This document shows positions 44,851 to 55,532 of a DNA stretch of 64,000 bases, piece by piece. The notes beneath the pieces were generated by a model. It was not told the DNA's origin, did not search any database, and saw only the letters and a list, made by a program, of their open reading frames with translations. This stretch comes from Gammaproteobacteria bacterium (lineage in GTDB: Bacteria; Pseudomonadota; Gammaproteobacteria; Ga0077536). A program made the position numbers and the translations under genes. Numbering within the stretch: position 1 is the stretch's first letter; each line of letters starts with the position of its first letter. The stretch spans positions 67,058 through 131,057 of the forward strand of contig JBHIYN010000016.1 in assembly GCA_041984235.1 (NCBI GenBank). The letters run 5' to 3'.

Positions 44851-46655
44851 CCGCCCTCGCCGCCCTGTGGCTGGTCGCGGGCGCCGAGGCCGGCGTGCTC
44901 GATCGCCTCGAACGGCTGGGCGCCGCGCCGGGCCCCGGCCAGCGCGAATTTCTGCCGCCCGACCAGGCCTTCCGCCTGTCCGAGCGGGTCACCGCGGCGG
45001 GCGAGCTCGCGATCGCCATCGACATCGAGCCCGGCTACTACATCTACCGTGACAAGTTCGCCGTCAGCGCGGTGACTCCGGGCCTCACGCTCGGCGCACC
45101 GGCGCTGCCGCCGAGCGAGAGCAAGGACGACCCCGAGTTCGGCGTGGTCGAGATCTACCGCGATCGCGCCGAGTTCGTGGTGCCGGTCACGGCGCGGCCC
45201 GCGGGCGCGCTGGCCGAGACCGAGGTGCGCTACCAGGGCTGCGCGGAGGACGGCATCTGCTACCCGCCGATCAGGAAGACCGTCGGTTTCACCTTCACCG
45301 CCGGCACACCGGCGCCGGCGTCCGCGCCACCTACCGGCGCCAGCGGCCTGTCCGCCAGCGATCGCATCGCGCAGCAGCTAGGTGAGCGCTCACTCGCAGC
45401 CACGCTCGCGACCTTCCTCGGGCTCGGCCTGCTGCTCTCGCTGACCCCCTGCGTGTTCCCGATGGTGCCGATCCTCTCCGGCATCATCGTCGGCCAGGCC
45501 CAGCCGGTGACCGCGGCGCGCGGGCTCGCGCTGTCCACCACCTACGTGGTGGCCATGGCGCTGACCTACACCCTGGCCGGGATCGCCGCCGGGCTGGCCG
45601 GCAAGAACCTGCAGGCCGCGTTCCAGCAGCCCGCGGTGATCGTCGCCTTCGCCGCGGTGTTCGTGGCGCTGGCGCTGTCGATGTTCGGCTTCTACGAGCT
45701 GCAGCTGCCGGCCGCGCTGCAGTCGCGCCTCGACGGCCTCTCGCGCCGCCAGCGCAGTGGCAGCTACCCGGGGGTCGCCGTGATGGGCGTGCTGTCGGCG
45801 ATCATCGTCGGCCCGTGCGTGGCGCCGCCGCTGGCCGGCGCGCTGGCCTACATCGGCCAGACCGGCTCGCCGGTCACCGGCGGCGCGGCGCTGTTCGCGC
45901 TCGGCCTCGGCATGGGCGCACCGCTGCTCGCGCTGGGCGCCTCGGCCGGCGCCCTGCTGCCGCGCGCCGGCGCCTGGATGGATCGCGTCAAGCAGGTCTT
46001 CGGCGTGATCTTCCTCGGCGTTGCGATCTGGTTTCTCGAGCGCGTCATCGCACCCGCCGCGACGCTCATGCTGTGGGCCGCGCTGGCGCTGGGTGCCGCG
46101 GTCTTCCTCGGCGCCCTGACCCGCCTCGCCGAGCGTGCCCCCGCGGCGGCCCGCCTCGCCCAGGCGCTGGGCGTGCTGCTGCTGGTCTACGGTGCGGCGC
46201 TGGTGGTGGGCGCCGCCGCCGGCGCGCGCGATCCGCTGCGCCCGCTGGCACCGCTGGTTGCCGGCGGCGCGCCGGCCGCGAGCAACGCGGTGCCCTTCAC
46301 CGCGGTCAAGTCGGCCGCCGACGTCGAGCGCCATCTGGCCGCCGCCGATGCGCGCGGGCAGGCGGTGATGCTCGACGTCTACGCCGACTGGTGCATCGAG
46401 TGCAAGCATCTCGAACGCGAGACCTTCACCGCGCCCGCGGTGCGCACGCGCCTCGCCGACATGCTGCTGCTGCGCGCCGACGTCACCGCCAACGACGCGG
46501 CCGATCGCGCCCTGCTCGCCCGTTACGAGCTGTTCGGCCCGCCGGCGGTGCTGTTCTTCCGTGACGGCGCGGAGCAGCGCGCCAACCGCCTGGTCGGCTT
46601 CGCCGACGCCGAGGACTTCGGCGGCCTGCTCGATCGCGTCACCGCGCGCCCGTGA
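44823..46655 (+). CDS. dsbD: thiol:disulfide interchange protein DsbD
   Basis: 610 aa with signal peptide, N-terminal DsbD-alpha, central 8-TM domain with CVFP/CVAP cysteines, and C-terminal thioredoxin WCIEC. Confidence 0.9.
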   Translation: MDRIVRYLLTALAALWLVAGAEAGVLDRLERLGAAPGPGQREFLPPDQAFRLSERVTAAGELAIAIDIEPGYYIYRDKFAVSAVTPGLTLGAPALPPSESKDDPEFGVVEIYRDRAEFVVPVTARPAGALAETEVRYQGCAEDGICYPPIRKTVGFTFTAGTPAPASAPPTGASGLSASDRIAQQLGERSLAATLATFLGLGLLLSLTPCVFPMVPILSGIIVGQAQPVTAARGLALSTTYVVAMALTYTLAGIAAGLAGKNLQAAFQQPAVIVAFAAVFVALALSMFGFYELQLPAALQSRLDGLSRRQRSGSYPGVAVMGVLSAIIVGPCVAPPLAGALAYIGQTGSPVTGGAALFALGLGMGAPLLALGASAGALLPRAGAWMDRVKQVFGVIFLGVAIWFLERVIAPAATLMLWAALALGAAVFLGALTRLAERAPAAARLAQALGVLLLVYGAALVVGAAAGARDPLRPLAPLVAGGAPAASNAVPFTAVKSAADVERHLAAADARGQAVMLDVYADWCIECKHLERETFTAPAVRTRLADMLLLRADVTANDAADRALLARYELFGPPAVLFFRDGAEQRANRLVGFADAEDFGGLLDRVTARP

Positions 46656-47227
46656 TGCGCGCCCTGTATCCGCTGGTGCTGGTCGCGCTCGCCCTGCTCG
46701 CGGGCACCGCCGGCTACGTCACCCACCGCATGCTGGCGGCCGGCGACCCGGCTCCCGCACCCGCCACCGCCGCCCTCGACCCGGTGCCGGCCGCGCGCGC
46801 CGCGCCCGAGCAGCCGCTGGCCTGGTCGTTCGCCACCCTCGACGGCGAACGCCGCCGCCTCGACGCCTGGCCGGCCGAGGTCGTGGTGCTGAATTTCTGG
46901 GCCACCTGGTGCCCGCCCTGCCTGCGCGAGATCCCGGCCTTCGTCGAGCTGCAGGCGCGCCACGGCGCGGACGGACTGCAGTTCATCGGCATCGCGCTCG
47001 ACCAGCCGGAACAGGTCGCCGCCTTCGTCGCCGAGCACACCATGAACTATCCCGTGCTGGTGGGTAACGACGACGTCATCCGCTTCATGCAGCAGCTCGG
47101 CAACGCGATCGGCGGCCTGCCCTACACGGTGGTGCTGGCCGGCGGCGAGGTGGTGCTCACCCACCAGGGCGAATGGGACGCCGCGGAAGCCGCCGAAACG
47201 CTGGCGGGTTTGCTGAAAACACCCTGA
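46652..47227 (+). CDS. TlpA-like thiol-disulfide oxidoreductase (thioredoxin fold)
   Basis: 191 aa with an N-terminal anchor and WATWCPPC active site. ATGA overlap with dsbD. Confidence 0.75.
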   Translation: MMRALYPLVLVALALLAGTAGYVTHRMLAAGDPAPAPATAALDPVPAARAAPEQPLAWSFATLDGERRRLDAWPAEVVVLNFWATWCPPCLREIPAFVELQARHGADGLQFIGIALDQPEQVAAFVAEHTMNYPVLVGNDDVIRFMQQLGNAIGGLPYTVVLAGGEVVLTHQGEWDAAEAAETLAGLLKTP

Positions 47228-47337
47228 AGGAACCGGGTTCGCGCCCCGATCGGTCGCGAAAATCGGGGAACGTGTTCCCCGCACGCAGGCGATGTGGTAG
47301 CGTTCGCCACTCTTCCCAGCGTCGCCCGGAACGGCTC

Positions 47338-47787
47338 TTGGCCAAGCTCGCCATCATCAACGGTCCCAACCTCAACCTGCTCGGCAGCCGCGAGCCGGCG
47401 CTGTATGGCGCGACCACGCTGGCCGAGCTCGAGGCGCGGCTGGTCGAGGTGGCGGCCGGGGCGGGCTTCGCGGCGAGCTGCTTCCAGAGCAACGCCGAGG
47501 GCGCGCTGGTCGAGCAGGTGCACGCGGCCGGCGCCGCGGCGGCCGACTTCGTCGTCATCAACCCGGGCGCCTACACCCATACCAGCATCGCGCTGCGCGA
47601 TGCCTTCCTCGGCGTCGCCGTGCCGTTCATCGAGGTGCACATCTCGAACGTGTTCGCGCGCGAGGAGTTTCGCCACCGCTCCTACCTGTCCGACATCGCG
47701 CTCGGCGTCATCTCGGGGCTGGGGGTGCAGGGCTACGAGCTCGCCATCACCGCAGCCGGCGAGTGGGTGCGGCGGCACAAGCTGTGA
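47338..47787 (+). CDS. aroQ: 3-dehydroquinate dehydratase type II
   Basis: TTG start giving [23 protein letters not shown]...[13 protein letters not shown]. Confidence 0.85.
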   Translation: MAKLAIINGPNLNLLGSREPALYGATTLAELEARLVEVAAGAGFAASCFQSNAEGALVEQVHAAGAAAADFVVINPGAYTHTSIALRDAFLGVAVPFIEVHISNVFAREEFRHRSYLSDIALGVISGLGVQGYELAITAAGEWVRRHKL

Positions 47788-47868
47788 ACGACGCGCGCCG
47801 CGGCGTGCGCCGGCAACGACAATGACAACGGGACCGTGCTCCTGAGCACGGATCCGGGGGATAGCCAA

Positions 47869-48312
47869 GTGGACATCAGGAAGGTCAAGAAACTCATCGA
47901 GCTGCTCGAGGAATCGGGCGTCGCCGAAATCGAGATCCGCGAGGGCGAGGAATCGGTACGCATCAGTCGCGGCGCGGTCTCGATCGCCGCCCCGGCGGCC
48001 GCTGCCCCCGCGCCAATCGCCGCCCCCGGCCCGGCGCCGGCAGCACCCGCCGCCCCCGTGGCTGAGCCCGCGCCCGAGGGCACGACGGTGACCGCACCCA
48101 TGGTCGGTACCTTCTACACCTCGCCGTCGCCCGAGGCCGCGCCGTTCGTGCGCGTCGGCCAGACGGTCAGCGTCGGCGACCCGCTGTGCATCATCGAGGC
48201 GATGAAGATCATGAATCCGATCGAGTCCGAGGTCGACGGCACCGTCAGCGCGATCCTGGTCGAGAACGGGCACCCGGTGGAGTACGAGCAGCCGCTGTTC
48301 ATCATCACCTGA
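47869..48312 (+). CDS. accB: acetyl-CoA carboxylase biotin carboxyl carrier protein
   Basis: GTG start gives [22 protein letters not shown], as in E. coli AccB. Biotinyl motif [10 protein letters not shown]. An upstream in-frame ATG at 47836 is also possible. Confidence 0.85.
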   Translation: MDIRKVKKLIELLEESGVAEIEIREGEESVRISRGAVSIAAPAAAAPAPIAAPGPAPAAPAAPVAEPAPEGTTVTAPMVGTFYTSPSPEAAPFVRVGQTVSVGDPLCIIEAMKIMNPIESEVDGTVSAILVENGHPVEYEQPLFIIT

Positions 48313-48355
48313 GTTCCCCCTCTTTCCGCACAGCCCAGACAGCCGGCGCATCCCT

Positions 48356-49699
48356 ATGTTCGACAAAGTCGTCATCGCCAACCGCGGTGAAATCGCCCTG
48401 CGCGTCCTGCGCGCCTGCCGCGACCTCGGTATCAAGACCGTCGCCGTTCACTCCGCCGCCGATCGCGATCTCAAGCACGTACGCCTGGCCGACGAGTCGG
48501 TGTGCATCGGTCCCGCCGCGGCGGCCGAGAGCTATCTCAACGTGCCGGCGGTGATCGCCGCGGCCGAGGTCGTCGACGCGGTCGCCATTCACCCCGGCTA
48601 CGGCTTCCTGTCCGAGAACGCGGACTTCGCCGAGCGCGTGGAGAAGTCCGGCTTCGTGTTCATCGGCCCGCGCCCGGAGACCATGCGCCTGATGGGCGAC
48701 AAGCTATCCGCCATCGCCGCCATGCAGGAAGCGGGCGTGCCCTGCGTGCCGGGCTCGGTCAAGCCGCTGGGTGACGATGCGCAGGAGAACCTCGCACTCG
48801 CGCGCCAGATTGGTTACCCCGTGATCATCAAGGCCTCGGGCGGTGGCGGCGGCCGCGGCATGCGCGTGGTGCACAGCGAGGCGCACCTGCGCAACGCCAT
48901 CGTGCTGACCAAGCGCGAGGCGGCGAGCGCGTTCAACAACGACAGCGTCTACCTGGAGAAATTCCTCGAGCACCCGCGCCACGTCGAGTTCCAGGTCCTC
49001 GCCGACGGCCACGGCAACGCCATTCACCTGGGCGAGCGCGACTGCTCCATGCAGCGCCGTCACCAGAAGGTGCTGGAGGAAGCGCCGGCCCCGGGCATCG
49101 ACGCCGCCACGCGCGCGCGCATCGGCGGGCTGTGCGTGGACGCCTGCAAGCGCATCGGCTACCGCGGCGCCGGCACCTTCGAGTTCCTGTACGAGAAGGG
49201 CGAGTTCTACTTCATCGAGATGAACACGCGCATCCAGGTCGAGCACCCGGTGACGGAGATGATCACCGGCATCGACCTGGTCAAGCAGCAGCTGCGCGTC
49301 GCGGCCGGCGAGAAGCTCGACATCACCCAGGACGACGTCAAGATCTCCGGCCACGCGATCGAGTGCCGCATCAATGCCGAGGATCCCTATACCTTCCGCC
49401 CGTCGCCGGGCCGCATCGCCGTCTACCATCCGGCCGGCGGCCCCGGCGTGCGCATCGACTCGCACATCTACGACGGCTACGTGGTGCCGCCCTACTACGA
49501 CTCGCTGATCGGCAAGCTCATCGTGCATGCCGAGGATCGCGACGCCGCGCTCGCACGCATGCAGAACGCGCTCACCGAGCTCGTCATCGAAGGCATCGAC
49601 ACCAACATCCCGCTGCACATCGACCTCGTCTCCGATGCCGCCTTCCGTAACGGCGGTACCGACATCCACTACCTCGAACGGCGCCTGGGCCTGGTCTAG
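48356..49699 (+). CDS. accC: acetyl-CoA carboxylase biotin carboxylase subunit
   Basis: 447 aa, [36 protein letters not shown]-grasp. Confidence 0.95.
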   Translation: MFDKVVIANRGEIALRVLRACRDLGIKTVAVHSAADRDLKHVRLADESVCIGPAAAAESYLNVPAVIAAAEVVDAVAIHPGYGFLSENADFAERVEKSGFVFIGPRPETMRLMGDKLSAIAAMQEAGVPCVPGSVKPLGDDAQENLALARQIGYPVIIKASGGGGGRGMRVVHSEAHLRNAIVLTKREAASAFNNDSVYLEKFLEHPRHVEFQVLADGHGNAIHLGERDCSMQRRHQKVLEEAPAPGIDAATRARIGGLCVDACKRIGYRGAGTFEFLYEKGEFYFIEMNTRIQVEHPVTEMITGIDLVKQQLRVAAGEKLDITQDDVKISGHAIECRINAEDPYTFRPSPGRIAVYHPAGGPGVRIDSHIYDGYVVPPYYDSLIGKLIVHAEDRDAALARMQNALTELVIEGIDTNIPLHIDLVSDAAFRNGGTDIHYLERRLGLV

Positions 49700-49720
49700 C
49701 CGAGCGCCCGGGGTAGCGCC

Positions 49721-50587
49721 ATGTACGCGGCCCGCTTCACCGTCGATGCCGCCGGCTGGCCGGCGCTGGAAGCCGAGCTGGAAGCGCTGGGCGCACTGGC
49801 CATCACCTGCGCCGACGGCGACGCGCCGCTGTTCGACGAGCCCGGCACGGCGAGCAGTGAGCAGTGGGCGCGCTTCGCGGTGGAGGCCCTGTTCGACGAG
49901 GCCGTCGCGGCCGATGCGGTGCGCGCGCTGCTCGCACCGCGCGCGGTGAGCATCGCCGCGGTCGCCGAGGACGCCTGGGCCGAGCGCTGGAAGGCGCACT
50001 GGCAACCGCAGATCTTCGCCGGCGGCCTGTGCGTGCATCCGAGCTGGTGCGCGCCGGCGCCCGGCGCGCGTCACCTGATCGAGCTCGATCCCGGCCAGGC
50101 CTTCGGCACCGGCACCCATCCGACCACCGCGCTGTGTCTCGACTGGCTCGCCACGCAGGCCCCGCTCACCGGCCAGAGCGTGATCGACTACGGTTGTGGC
50201 TCGGCCATCCTCGCCCTTGCCGCCGAGCGCTTCGGCGCCGCGCACGTGCAGGCGGTCGACATCGACCGCGCCGCGCTCGCGGTGGCCGCCGACAACGTCG
50301 CGCGCAACGCGGCCGGCGCGGTGGTCAGCGTCGGCGCACCGGACACCCTCGCCGCCGGCAGCGCCGACCTGCTGATCGCCAACATCCTGCTCGAGCCGCT
50401 GCTGTCGCTCGCCGATCGTTTTGCTGCGCTGCTGCGTCCGCACGGCCGTATCCTGCTCTCCGGCGTGCTGGCAACGCAGGTCGAACGCCTGCAGGCCGGC
50501 TACCCGGGCGCTTTCGCGTTCGACCCGGTCATGACGCGCGAGGAGTGGGCCGCGCTGGCCGGCCGCCGTGTGCCGGCGACGGTGTAA
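49721..50587 (+). CDS. prmA: ribosomal protein L11 methyltransferase
   Basis: 288 aa with LDPGQAFGTGTHPTTALCLDWL and DYGCGSAILALAA. Confidence 0.85.
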   Translation: MYAARFTVDAAGWPALEAELEALGALAITCADGDAPLFDEPGTASSEQWARFAVEALFDEAVAADAVRALLAPRAVSIAAVAEDAWAERWKAHWQPQIFAGGLCVHPSWCAPAPGARHLIELDPGQAFGTGTHPTTALCLDWLATQAPLTGQSVIDYGCGSAILALAAERFGAAHVQAVDIDRAALAVAADNVARNAAGAVVSVGAPDTLAAGSADLLIANILLEPLLSLADRFAALLRPHGRILLSGVLATQVERLQAGYPGAFAFDPVMTREEWAALAGRRVPATV

Positions 50588-50646
50588 ACTGCGGCCGGAG
50601 AGGCGGGCCGCCGCGCCCGCCCGCTGACCGAGGGGGAGAAGCGCGC

Positions 50647-51954
50647 TTGCTGACGCGTTGCCCGACATGCCAGAGCTGGTTTCGCGTGCGCGCCGAGCAC
50701 CTCAGCGCGGCCAGCGGTTACGTCACCTGCGGCCAGTGCGACGCAGTGTTCAACGCCCTGGCCACGCTGGTCGAGGAGAGCGCGCCGCCGGTGGCGCCCG
50801 CGGCGCCGCGCGCCGACGCCGTGCCGGTACCCCCTGCATCGCGGCCGCCGGACGACGTGGCGCAGGCGCAGGCCGCCGTCGCGGAGAAGACGGATGCGCG
50901 GGCGGTCGCACCCGAAGCACCCCCTGAACCGGCCGCGGCGGCCTTGCCGACGGACGGGGAACCTGCGACGCCACCCGCGGCTGCCGACGAGACCCGCGCC
51001 GCGGCGCCCACGGTCGCTGCGGACGGTCCGCCTCCGGTGCCGGGCAACCCGCCGCAAGCTGCCAGCGCCGCCGAACGGGAGGACGCCGCGCCGCCGGCGG
51101 CCGCCGTTATCCCGGACGCCGCCGAACCCGCGCCCGGCGACGCGCCCGGCGGCGATCTGGCCGACGAATGGAGCGCCGAGTTCGACGCCATGGTCGACGC
51201 CGATGCCGGCGCGCCCGAGGCGAATCACGCCGACGAGCCGGAGCGCGCGACCCCCGGCGGCGCCACGCTGAGCGCGGCCGAGCACGCCATCCTCTTCACC
51301 GAGCCCGGCAGTGGCGACGACGACGAGGACGAGGGGGAAGACGAGGACGCGGATGCGGCCGGCGCCGCCGCGTCCGCGGACAGCACCGGCGATGACGCCG
51401 AAACCGACGCCACCGTGCCCGACGCGGTGCCTCCGGTGATCGAGAGCGAGGTCGCCGCGCTCGCCGGCGTGCGCCCCGGCGCCGCCCGCGGTGCGAACCT
51501 GTGGCGCGCGGCGCTGCTGCTGCTGGCGGTCGCGCTGCTCGCGCAGGGTGTCTTCGCGCTGCGCGCGCCGCTCGCCGCCGCGTGGCCGGCCAGCCGGCCG
51601 TGGTTGGAGGCGATGTGCGCGCGGCTCGGCTGCCAGCCCGAGGCCGCGCCGCAGGACACCGTGCGCCTGCTGGCCCGTGACGTGCGCGAGCATCCGCAGT
51701 ACCGCGACGCGCTGCTGGTCAACGCGACCCTGGTCAACCGCGGCGGCGCGCCGCAGCCCTACCCGGTGCTCGAGCTGCGCCTCAAGGACGGCAACGGGAT
51801 GCTGGTCGGCGCGCGCCGCTTCGCGCCCGGCGAGTACCTCGATCACAGTATCGACGTCGACGCCGGCATGCCGCCGGGCCAGCCGATCTACGTGGTGATG
51901 GAGCTCGGCGGCGACGCCGCCGCCGCGACCAGCTTCGAATTCTCCTTCCTGTAG
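50647..51954 (+). CDS. DUF3426-like protein with N-terminal MJ0042-type zinc ribbon and long acidic Ala/Pro-rich linker
   Basis: TTG start, TRCPTCQSWFRV...CGQC. Low-complexity acidic middle region, a TM helix (LWRAALLLLAVALLAQ), and C-terminal DUF3426-like domain. Follows prmA as in many gammaproteobacteria. Confidence 0.55.
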   Translation: MLTRCPTCQSWFRVRAEHLSAASGYVTCGQCDAVFNALATLVEESAPPVAPAAPRADAVPVPPASRPPDDVAQAQAAVAEKTDARAVAPEAPPEPAAAALPTDGEPATPPAAADETRAAAPTVAADGPPPVPGNPPQAASAAEREDAAPPAAAVIPDAAEPAPGDAPGGDLADEWSAEFDAMVDADAGAPEANHADEPERATPGGATLSAAEHAILFTEPGSGDDDEDEGEDEDADAAGAAASADSTGDDAETDATVPDAVPPVIESEVAALAGVRPGAARGANLWRAALLLLAVALLAQGVFALRAPLAAAWPASRPWLEAMCARLGCQPEAAPQDTVRLLARDVREHPQYRDALLVNATLVNRGGAPQPYPVLELRLKDGNGMLVGARRFAPGEYLDHSIDVDAGMPPGQPIYVVMELGGDAAAATSFEFSFL

Positions 51955-52187
51955 CGCCCCGGCGCGGCGCCGGCGGCGCTGCCGCGGCGCACCGTGATAG
52001 CGCAGGCGCGCGCCGCCCTTTCAGGATGGCGGGGTTCTGGCTATCATCCCCGCTCGCGCCGGTGCCGCGGGGGAAAACGACGGTGCCGCGCGATCAACCC
52101 GTCCCGTGTCTTCAAGAACGTGCGGCCAGCACGCGCGCAGGGGCGGCGTTTCCCCGGGGTGCAGATCACGCTATCGCTGAATCGCTG

Positions 52188-53162
52188 ATGAAGATCGGGC
52201 CGTATGAATTCACCACGCCCATCGCGCTCGCGCCGATGGCGGGGATTAGCGATCGCCCCTTCCGCCTGCTCTGCCGCCGCTACGGCGCCGCCTACGCGGT
52301 GTCCGAGATGGTCGCTTCGCGCACCGCGCTGTGGGCGAGCCGCAAGACGCGCACGCGGCTCGACATGCACGACGAGCCGGCACCGCGCATCGTGCAGATC
52401 GCCGGCGCCGATCCGGCGCTGATGGCCGAGGCCGCGCGGCTCGCCGTCGACCACGGCGCCGACGTCATCGACATCAACATGGGCTGCCCGGCGAAGAAGG
52501 TCTGTCACAAGCTGGCCGGCTCGGCGCTGCTGCGCGACGAGGTGCTGGTCGGTGCGATCCTCGACGCGGTGGTCGCCGCGGTCGCCGTGCCGGTGACCCT
52601 GAAGACGCGCACCGGCTGGGACCCCGCGCATCGCAACGGGCCGGCCGTCGCGCGTCTCGCCGAGCAGTGCGGCGTTGCCGCCATCACCGTGCACGGGCGC
52701 ACCCGCGCCTGCGCTTTCCGCGGCAGTGCCGAGTACGACACCATTGCCGTGATCAAGGACGCCGTGCGCATCCCGGTGATCGCCAACGGCGACATCGCCG
52801 ACGTGGCGCGCGCCCGCCGTGTGCTCGAACACACCGGCGCCGACGGGCTCATGATCGGCCGCGCCGCACAGGGCCGGCCGTGGCTGTTCGGCGAGCTCGC
52901 CGCGGGACTCGAAGGGCGCGCCTGGGCGCCGCCCTCGGCCGCCGAGCGCCGCGCGCTGATGGCCGAGCACCTCGAGTTGCTGCATGCCCATTACGGGCGC
53001 GACGCCGGCACGCGTATCGCACGTAAGCACGTCGGCTGGTACCTCGCCGGGTGGCCCGAGGCGCGCGCGCTGCGCGCGGACTTCAACCGCATCGAGGACG
53101 CCACCGCACAGCAGCGTTTCGTCGCCGCGCTGGCCGCGGAGTCGCTGGAGCTCGCCGCATGA
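52188..53162 (+). CDS. dusB: tRNA-dihydrouridine synthase B
   Basis: 324 aa, [20 protein letters not shown]...[11 protein letters not shown]. Confidence 0.9.
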   Translation: MKIGPYEFTTPIALAPMAGISDRPFRLLCRRYGAAYAVSEMVASRTALWASRKTRTRLDMHDEPAPRIVQIAGADPALMAEAARLAVDHGADVIDINMGCPAKKVCHKLAGSALLRDEVLVGAILDAVVAAVAVPVTLKTRTGWDPAHRNGPAVARLAEQCGVAAITVHGRTRACAFRGSAEYDTIAVIKDAVRIPVIANGDIADVARARRVLEHTGADGLMIGRAAQGRPWLFGELAAGLEGRAWAPPSAAERRALMAEHLELLHAHYGRDAGTRIARKHVGWYLAGWPEARALRADFNRIEDATAQQRFVAALAAESLELAA

Positions 53163-53413
53163 GCCCGACGCGCAAGAGCGCCGGCGAGCCGCTGTGCGAG
53201 CAGGTCAAGCGCTCGGTCGAGCAGTACTTCGAGGATCTCAACGGCGAGCAGCCGACCAACCTGCACGAGTTCGTGATCAAGCAGGTCGAGCGCCCGCTGT
53301 TCGAAATCGTGCTGCGCGAGACGCGCGGCAACCTCTCCGCGGCGGCCAAGATCCTCGGCCTCAACCGCGCCACGCTGCGCACGCGGCTGAACAAGTACGG
53401 CCTCAAGGAGTAG
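53159..53413 (+). CDS. fis: DNA-binding protein Fis
   Basis: 84 aa with C-terminal [33 protein letters not shown] overlap with dusB. Confidence 0.9.
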   Translation: MSPTRKSAGEPLCEQVKRSVEQYFEDLNGEQPTNLHEFVIKQVERPLFEIVLRETRGNLSAAAKILGLNRATLRTRLNKYGLKE

Positions 53414-53415
53414 GC

Positions 53416-54996
53416 ATGAACGCAACGGCGAGGCGCGCCCGGCGCTGGGCGCTGGTCAGCGTTTCCGACAAGCGCGGCGTGGTCGAGCTGGCGCAGGCGA
53501 TTGTCGCCGCCGGCATCGGCGTGCTCTCGACCGGCGGCTCCGCGCGCACCCTGCGCGAGGCCGGCATCGAGGTGCGCGACGTCTCCGAGCACACCGGCTT
53601 CGCCGAGATGATGGAAGGGCGGGTCAAGACCCTGCACCCCAAGGTGCACGGCGGCATCCTCGCGCGGCGCGGCACCGACGACGCGGTCATGGCCGAGCAC
53701 GGCATCGAGGCCATCGACCTCGTGGTGGTCAACCTCTATCCCTTCGAGCAGACCATCGCACGGCGTGACTGCACGCTGGACGAGGCCATCGAGAACATCG
53801 ACATCGGCGGCCCCGCGCTGCTGCGCGCCGCGGCCAAGAACCACGCCCACGTCGCCGTGGTCTGCGATCCGGACGATTACCCGCTGGTGATGTCCGAGCT
53901 CGGCAAGTCCGGCGAGGTCGGCGCGGCGACGCGCTATCGCCTGGCGACCAAGGCCTACGCGCACACCGCCCACTACGACGCCGCGATCAGCACGTTTCTG
54001 GCCGCGCGCGGCGCCCGCGATCCGGATGCCTTCCCGCGCCAGCTCGACCTGCGCGTGACCCTGCAGCAGAACCTGCGCTACGGCGAGAACCCGCACCAGC
54101 GCGCCGCCTTCTACGTCGACACCAACCCGCCGCCCGGCACCCTCGCCACCGCGCGCCAGCTGCAGGGCAAGGCGCTCTCCTACAACAACATCGCCGACAC
54201 CGACGCCGCGCTCGACTGCGTGCGCTCGTTCCGCGAGCCGGCGTGCTGCATCGTCAAGCACGCCAACCCCTGCGGCGTGGCCGAGTCGCGTGACCTGGAG
54301 CAGGCCTACGAGCTCGCCTGGGCCACCGATCCGACGTCCGCCTTCGGCGGCATCATCGCTTTCAACCGCCCGCTCGAAGCGGAGCTCGCGCGCACCATCG
54401 TCGAGCGCCAGTTCGTCGAAGTGATCATCGCGCCCGGCGTTACGCCGGAGGCGCTGCAGGCCTGCAGCGTGAAGAAGAACGTGCGCGTGCTGGCGTGCGA
54501 GCCGTGGCCGGCCGAGCCGCTGCGCCAACTCGAGTACAAGCGCGTGATGGGCGGGCTGCTGGTGCAGGACCGCGACTTCGCCGCGCAGACCCTGAGCGCC
54601 GGCTCGCTCAAGACCGTGACCAGACGCAGCCCCGACACCGACGAGCTGCGTGACCTCATCTTCGCCTGGCGCGTGGCCGCCTGCGTCAAGTCGAACGCCA
54701 TCGTCTACGCGCGCAACCGCCAGACCATCGGCATCGGCGCCGGCCAGATGAGCCGCGTCTACAGCGCCCGCATCGCCGGCATCAAGGCCGCCGACGAAGG
54801 CCTCGAAGTGAAAGGCTCGGTGATGGCCTCCGACGCCTTCTTCCCGTTCCGCGACGGCATCGACCAGGCCGCCGAGGCCGGCATTCGCGCGGTGATCCAG
54901 CCGGGTGGATCGATGCGCGACGAAGAGGTGATCGCGGCGGCGGACGAGGCGGGGATGGCGATGGTGTTCACCGGCGAACGCCACTTCCGCCATTGA
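53416..54996 (+). CDS. purH: bifunctional AICAR transformylase/IMP cyclohydrolase
   Basis: 526 aa, [20 protein letters not shown]... Confidence 0.95.
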   Translation: MNATARRARRWALVSVSDKRGVVELAQAIVAAGIGVLSTGGSARTLREAGIEVRDVSEHTGFAEMMEGRVKTLHPKVHGGILARRGTDDAVMAEHGIEAIDLVVVNLYPFEQTIARRDCTLDEAIENIDIGGPALLRAAAKNHAHVAVVCDPDDYPLVMSELGKSGEVGAATRYRLATKAYAHTAHYDAAISTFLAARGARDPDAFPRQLDLRVTLQQNLRYGENPHQRAAFYVDTNPPPGTLATARQLQGKALSYNNIADTDAALDCVRSFREPACCIVKHANPCGVAESRDLEQAYELAWATDPTSAFGGIIAFNRPLEAELARTIVERQFVEVIIAPGVTPEALQACSVKKNVRVLACEPWPAEPLRQLEYKRVMGGLLVQDRDFAAQTLSAGSLKTVTRRSPDTDELRDLIFAWRVAACVKSNAIVYARNRQTIGIGAGQMSRVYSARIAGIKAADEGLEVKGSVMASDAFFPFRDGIDQAAEAGIRAVIQPGGSMRDEEVIAAADEAGMAMVFTGERHFRH

Positions 54997-55007
54997 GTGG
55001 CCGCTGA

Positions 55008-55460
55008 CGCGTCTCATGCGGCACAGGGCGGCGTTAATAATCGGCTCGGAATGCTCATGTACTGTTTGTACACTCCGCTTCCTCGCCGATTCTTGCCTTG
55101 CCCTGCACTCGCCTGAGTCACTTCATCGGCCACTCAACGAGCTAATCGATTGTCAGCACGTCTCAGACCGCACATGGCTGCGTTGAAAACCGGCTCGGAA
55201 TGCTCATGTACTGCGTGTACACTCCGCTTCCTCGCCGGTTTTCGCCTTGCCCTGCACGCTCTGAGCCGCACTGACAGCCGATTAGCCGAGTCGCCGCTGA
55301 AGCGTCTCAGTGCGCGCATGGCTGCGTTGAAAACCGACTCGGAATGCTCATGTACTGCGTGTACACTCCGCTTCCTCGCCGGTTTTCGCGTTGCCCTGCA
55401 CGCTCCGAGACGTGCTGACAACCGATTAGCCGAGCCGGCGGTGAGGCGCCTCGTTTCCGT
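55008..55460. repeat. three tandem ~140-160-bp intergenic repeats, each with a 10-bp-stem hairpin (GAAAACCGGC...GCCGGTTTTC)
   Basis: Units start at 55008, 55147 and 55309, each beginning CGTCTCA. Conserved core GGCTCGGAATGCTCATGTACTGCGTGTACACTCCGCTTCCTCGCC. The overlapping predicted ORFs on both strands are repeat artefacts. Confidence 0.7.
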
Positions 55461-55532
55461 AAGTGAAACTATACGGACCGCTACGCCGACACCGGCACCG
55501 CACTGGGTCAACGGGCAGGCGACGGAGCGAGC

